59,899 nucleotides of DNA from contig JAZNXT010000115.1 of NCBI GenBank assembly GCA_045594005.1, positions 1-59,899 of the forward strand, written 5' to 3'. The stretch is from Victivallales bacterium. Its GTDB lineage: Bacteria > Verrucomicrobiota > Lentisphaeria > Victivallales > UBA1829. The position numbers were made by a program, and so were the translations under genes. Shown piece by piece: positions 56,283 through 59,899 of this stretch (within the stretch, counting starts at the first letter, position 1; each line of letters starts with the position of its first letter). Under the pieces are notes generated by a model. That model saw only the letters and a program-made list of their open reading frames with translations, made no database searches and had not been told where the DNA came from.

Positions 56283-56417
56283 AGAAAAAGCCGTTCATTT
56301 AATTATTTTTGATAAATATGTCATGATTTTGCAAAAATTCAAGTTTTTTTATGGAAAAAATCTCGGTATGCGCTATATTTATTGCAGAAACGATCAAGAG
56401 AAAGGATCAGTGATACG

Positions 56418-57956
56418 ATGAAAGCAAAAAATTTTGATGTGAACAATCCCCATTGGAAAAATGAGATCCCGAAAGTGATCTTTGAAGAAAAACCGGAATA
56501 TCTGGAATTGTACGAACGCGCGTGGGAATTGGCACACGATCATGTGCTGGAGATCCCCGGAATGCCGCAATCCCCTTACATGGATGAAGCGTTCCTCATT
56601 TCCGATATCTGGATCTGGGATACCTGTTTCATGCTTTTCTTCTGCAAATATGCGCCCAATGTTTTTCCCGGGATCGAAACACTCAATAACTTCTATGCGC
56701 CGCTCCACGACAATGCGCCGCTTCCCATGGTGCAGGTCCACAATCCGGAAGAATGGACCGGTTATAAAGACGGCGATGTGGTGCAGCTCCGGATCCATAT
56801 TCCCGATAATCCCCCGCTTTTTGCCTGGGCGGAATATTCCTACGCCCTGATGACCGGCGACCGCGAACACCTGAAAGAATTGCTCCTGGAGAAAAAATAT
56901 CTTCAGCGTCATTTCGCGTTCCTGGAAAATATGAAGGAAGCCGGATATGTGACAAAATACACCCGCGCGCCGACCTGTCTTGTCAAGCACGAACACGGCT
57001 ATTTCTGGGAAGGCGGCCGTTCCGGAATGGACAACACCCCCCGCGGCAGAAAAGGTGTCAAAGCCGATAAGGACCGTCCCAACAATCCGGAAATGCTGTG
57101 GGTGGATGCTATCGCGCAGCAGGGACTTTCCGCACTCTTTATTTCCAAAATCGCTGCGATCCTCGGCGAAAATGCCATTTCCGCACGCTGGAAAGCCACT
57201 TACGAATGTTTCAAGGAAAAAGTCAATTCTCTCTATTGGGATGAACAGGACGGCAACTATTACGACATCCATTGCAATACTCTGGAAAAAATGAAATGCC
57301 TCACCCCCGCCTCCTTCTGGCCGATGCTGGCAATGATGCCCACACAGGAACAGGCGGAACGGATGTGCGATGCGATCCGCGATCCCGAAAAAATGGGCGG
57401 CATGGTCCCCTGGACCACAGTCACCCGCACCGATCCGGATTTTGCACCGGAAGATGGTCAGTACTGGCGCGGTTCCGTGTGGCTGCCTACCGCCTATATG
57501 GGGATCAAGAGTCTGGAAGGATACGGGCAGTTCGACCTTGCCAACGATAATGCCCGCAAGATCGTGGAACACATGTATCAGACCTACAAACAGTATGAGC
57601 CCCATACCATCTGGGAATGTTACAGCCCCACGAAATTTACGCCGGCAAAACACCACGAAACCCGCGTGCGTCCCGATTTCTGCGGCTGGTCGGCATTGGG
57701 TCCCATCAGTCTCTTTATCGAAAATATCATCGGTCTGACCGGTGCGGATGCCTTCAAAAATACCCTCACCTGGAATCTGCCGCCGGTGATCAAAGGCGCG
57801 ATCGGTGTGACCAATTATTCCTTCGGGGATGTGGTGACAGATGTGGTGTACCGGGATGGCGTGATTTCCGTAAAATCCAACGCCGCCTATACGCTTATCG
57901 TGAACGGAAAATCCTACCCGGTCGAGGCTGGAGAAAGCACCGTTCATGTCCTTTGA
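56418..57956 (+). CDS. trehalase/GH63-like (alpha/alpha)6 glycoside hydrolase
   Basis: WIWDT, NPPLFAWA, SGMDNTPR, YWRGSVW, WECYSP. Confidence 0.85.
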   Translation: MKAKNFDVNNPHWKNEIPKVIFEEKPEYLELYERAWELAHDHVLEIPGMPQSPYMDEAFLISDIWIWDTCFMLFFCKYAPNVFPGIETLNNFYAPLHDNAPLPMVQVHNPEEWTGYKDGDVVQLRIHIPDNPPLFAWAEYSYALMTGDREHLKELLLEKKYLQRHFAFLENMKEAGYVTKYTRAPTCLVKHEHGYFWEGGRSGMDNTPRGRKGVKADKDRPNNPEMLWVDAIAQQGLSALFISKIAAILGENAISARWKATYECFKEKVNSLYWDEQDGNYYDIHCNTLEKMKCLTPASFWPMLAMMPTQEQAERMCDAIRDPEKMGGMVPWTTVTRTDPDFAPEDGQYWRGSVWLPTAYMGIKSLEGYGQFDLANDNARKIVEHMYQTYKQYEPHTIWECYSPTKFTPAKHHETRVRPDFCGWSALGPISLFIENIIGLTGADAFKNTLTWNLPPVIKGAIGVTNYSFGDVVTDVVYRDGVISVKSNAAYTLIVNGKSYPVEAGESTVHVL

Positions 57957-59286
57957 TATCCATAAATTCCGGCGCGTCCATCTCATCGGATGCGCCGGAG
58001 TCGGTACGCTCCCGCTGGCATATATCCTGCTGAAAAATGGTTTTCAGGTGTCCGGTTCCGACCTGCTGGAAACAGATGCTCTTGAGGATTTGCGGGCTGC
58101 CGGAGCTGTGATCCGCAGCGGACCGCACCGTGCTGAAAATATCCCTTCTGACGGAGATCGTTCCGATCTGCTGGTGATCCACAGTTCGGCGATCGCTCCG
58201 GAGAATCCGGAATTTCTTGCCGCAAAAAATGCGGGTGCCGCCGTGATCCGGCGGGGAGAAGCTCTTGCCGCCATGACCGGACTCTACAAACGCGTGGTGT
58301 CTGTCAGCGGGTCCCACGGAAAAACAAGCGTTTCCGCCATGCTCGCATGGCTGTTCCGGGAGGCGGGACTGACACCCGGTTATCTGGTGGGCGGTTTCAT
58401 CCCCGCTTACGGCAAAAAGAACGGTTCTGCGGGGCAGGGCGGTGATCTTTTTATCACGGAAGTGGATGAAAGCGACGGCACTCATACAGCAATGTTTTCC
58501 CATTTGGGGATCGTTACCAATGTGGAGGACGATCACGCGTGGAGTGTGGGCGGAGCCGATCAGCTTTTTGCCAATTTCAAAAAGTACGCATTTCAGGCTC
58601 AACATCTGATCTATGTGGGGTCGGCAAAAACCGATGAACTTTTTGCGGAACACCCCTCTGCCGTCCGGCTGGATCCCGATGTGACAGCTTCTCCCGATCT
58701 TGCACTTTTTGATCCGGCAGCATTGAAAAATTGGGGATCATTTCAGAAACTCAATGCCCTGACAGCTCTTGCGGCGGCAGTTCAGCTGGGGTTGAATAAA
58801 AAACTTGCGGCACAGATCCTTTCCCGTTTTCCCGGTGTGGATCGGCGCATGACAAAACATTTTGAAAACAAATCTTTTGTTCTGATGGAAGATTACGCAC
58901 ACCACCCCACGGAATTGCGTGCCAGCCTCCGTGCATTCCGGGAGATCTTTCCGCAACGGCGGCTGGTGATCTTTTTTCAACCGCACCGGTACGCGCGGCT
59001 GGAACGCTATTTTGATGAGTTTGCGGCAGAATTGCGTGCGGCAGACCGCATTTATATCACGCCTGTTTTTGCAGCCTGGGTGGCATCGGGCAGATACGAT
59101 TCTGCGGACCTTGCTGCGGCTGTCGGTAGCGACAAAGCTGTGGCGGTTTCCGGGGATTGGCAGGAGATCGCGGCAATGGTAAAAAATGATTTTCATGCAG
59201 GCGATCTTGTGGCGGTGATCGGTGCGGGCGATTTGAAAGATCTGATCGCCCCCTTGACCGGAGTGCTGAAAGAGATCACTGATTGA
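57946..59286 (+). CDS. murC: UDP-N-acetylmuramate--L-alanine ligase
   Basis: VSGSD, GSHGKTS, EVDESDG, DDH, DYAHHPTE, FQPHRY.R, GAGD. Confidence 0.93.
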   Translation: MSFDIHKFRRVHLIGCAGVGTLPLAYILLKNGFQVSGSDLLETDALEDLRAAGAVIRSGPHRAENIPSDGDRSDLLVIHSSAIAPENPEFLAAKNAGAAVIRRGEALAAMTGLYKRVVSVSGSHGKTSVSAMLAWLFREAGLTPGYLVGGFIPAYGKKNGSAGQGGDLFITEVDESDGTHTAMFSHLGIVTNVEDDHAWSVGGADQLFANFKKYAFQAQHLIYVGSAKTDELFAEHPSAVRLDPDVTASPDLALFDPAALKNWGSFQKLNALTALAAAVQLGLNKKLAAQILSRFPGVDRRMTKHFENKSFVLMEDYAHHPTELRASLRAFREIFPQRRLVIFFQPHRYARLERYFDEFAAELRAADRIYITPVFAAWVASGRYDSADLAAAVGSDKAVAVSGDWQEIAAMVKNDFHAGDLVAVIGAGDLKDLIAPLTGVLKEITD

Positions 59287-59315
59287 AAAAAATGCAAAAA
59301 CTTTCATCTTCCCAC

Positions 59316-59343
59316 TTGACATTTTTTCATCCGGTGCTATATT
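59316..59343 (+). promoter_or_regulatory. tRNA promoter
   Basis: cTTGACA-16nt-TATATT with TGn extension. Confidence 0.7.
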
Positions 59344-59363
59344 AAGAACATCATAACACATAC

Positions 59364-59440
59364 GGGGTAGTAGCTCAGTTGGCTAGAGCGATACGTTCGC
59401 ATCGTATAGGTCGTGGGTTCAACTCCCATCTACTCCACCA
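59364..59440 (+). tRNA. tRNA-Ala(CGC)
   Basis: GGGGTAG/CTACTCC acceptor stem with G3:U70, D-arm, ATACG/CGTAT anticodon stem with CGC, GTTCAA T-loop, encoded CCA. Confidence 0.97.
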
Positions 59441-59448
59441 AAAATTCC

Positions 59449-59480
59449 AAGCCGTCGGTTTCCGACGGCTTTTTATTTTT
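59449..59480 (+). terminator. intrinsic terminator after tRNA
   Basis: AAGCCGTCGG-TTT-CCGACGGCTT plus T run. Confidence 0.88.
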
Positions 59481-59488
59481 GGTGGAAC

Positions 59489-59763
59489 GAAGCCGCAAGG
59501 CTTCACTTCACGCCTTTTGCGTCTTGCCGCATCAGCGGCAATCGCAAAAGCTCTTCACTCAAAAAACGAAGGTTTTTCTTCACATCTTCACAAAATCTCC
59601 GCAGCTTTGCTTGTGAAGTCGTTCAGCGACAGGGCTTGTGCCTTGCGTTCCTCAGGCTCAATTCGTTATCGCTTCACTTGTGAAGAGGTCAGCTCCGCTG
59701 CCCGTGAAGTTTCTCCCTGGCGGGAGTAAGGTTGGTGATGTTATTACAGCGCGGCTTCGCCGC
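59489..59763. repeat. multi-hairpin tract with recurring CTTCAC/GTGAAG
   Basis: Six CTTCAC and three GTGAAG within about 210 nt, plus about 7 hairpins. Confidence 0.55.
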
Positions 59764-59899
59764 TTAAATTTGTCTATACCTTCAGGTCAATATAACCTCT
59801 GGCTTTGCCGGTGAGGATAAAAAATCTTTAGATCCAAGTTTGCAAAAAGTCTCCTTTTGATTTACAGTGTGTAAGACCTGCCAGTTTTGCACACCTGAA

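Noticed and set aside
50362-57986. Long ORFs 50362-51741(-), 51668-52978(+) and 56394-57986(-)
   Set aside because: Shadow ORFs opposite motif-bearing genes
59379-59729. 116-aa ORF after murC
   Set aside because: Overlaps the tRNA and its terminator; no RBS or protein features
59364-59899. Integrated element at tRNA-Ala
   Set aside because: No integrase or duplicated tRNA 3' end visible inside the window; cannot be excluded beyond the edge

Overview
Chromosomal window of an anaerobic bacterium, most likely Lentisphaerae/Victivallales-like (PVC superphylum). This is inferred from a prepilin/H-X9-DG protein, a GntR sugar-binding regulator, many Gfo/Idh/MocA and CAZyme-like genes, and dispersed, fused mur genes. 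I call 49 CDS and one tRNA-Ala(CGC). Housekeeping genes: holB, tmk, a half-purH, recD2, rpsB-tsf, gltA, hisI, a murB-ddl fusion and murC. Other loci: sugar-catabolism genes, an 8-gene glycan locus (wbaP, GT2/GT4 genes, GT-C-like membrane protein) preceded by a CPBP protease, and a MoxR-DUF58-vWA operon followed by PerR-desulfoferrodoxin-rubredoxin. No integrase, transposase, phage or cas gene was seen. The least explained signals are non-coding: (i) three co-oriented arrays of a 9-bp GTCGGACYY repeat; (ii) a 126-bp palindrome with an ERIC-like core inside an A-B-B-A duplication at 14.2-14.5 kb; (iii) an almost fully paired four-way-junction element at 53.9-54.1 kb; (iv) a CTTCAC/GTGAAG multi-hairpin tract after the tRNA; (v) a structured rpsB leader. 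Window-wide, no gene ends in TAG and most candidate promoters have 16-nt spacers. All calls come from motifs recognised by eye; no searches were run.
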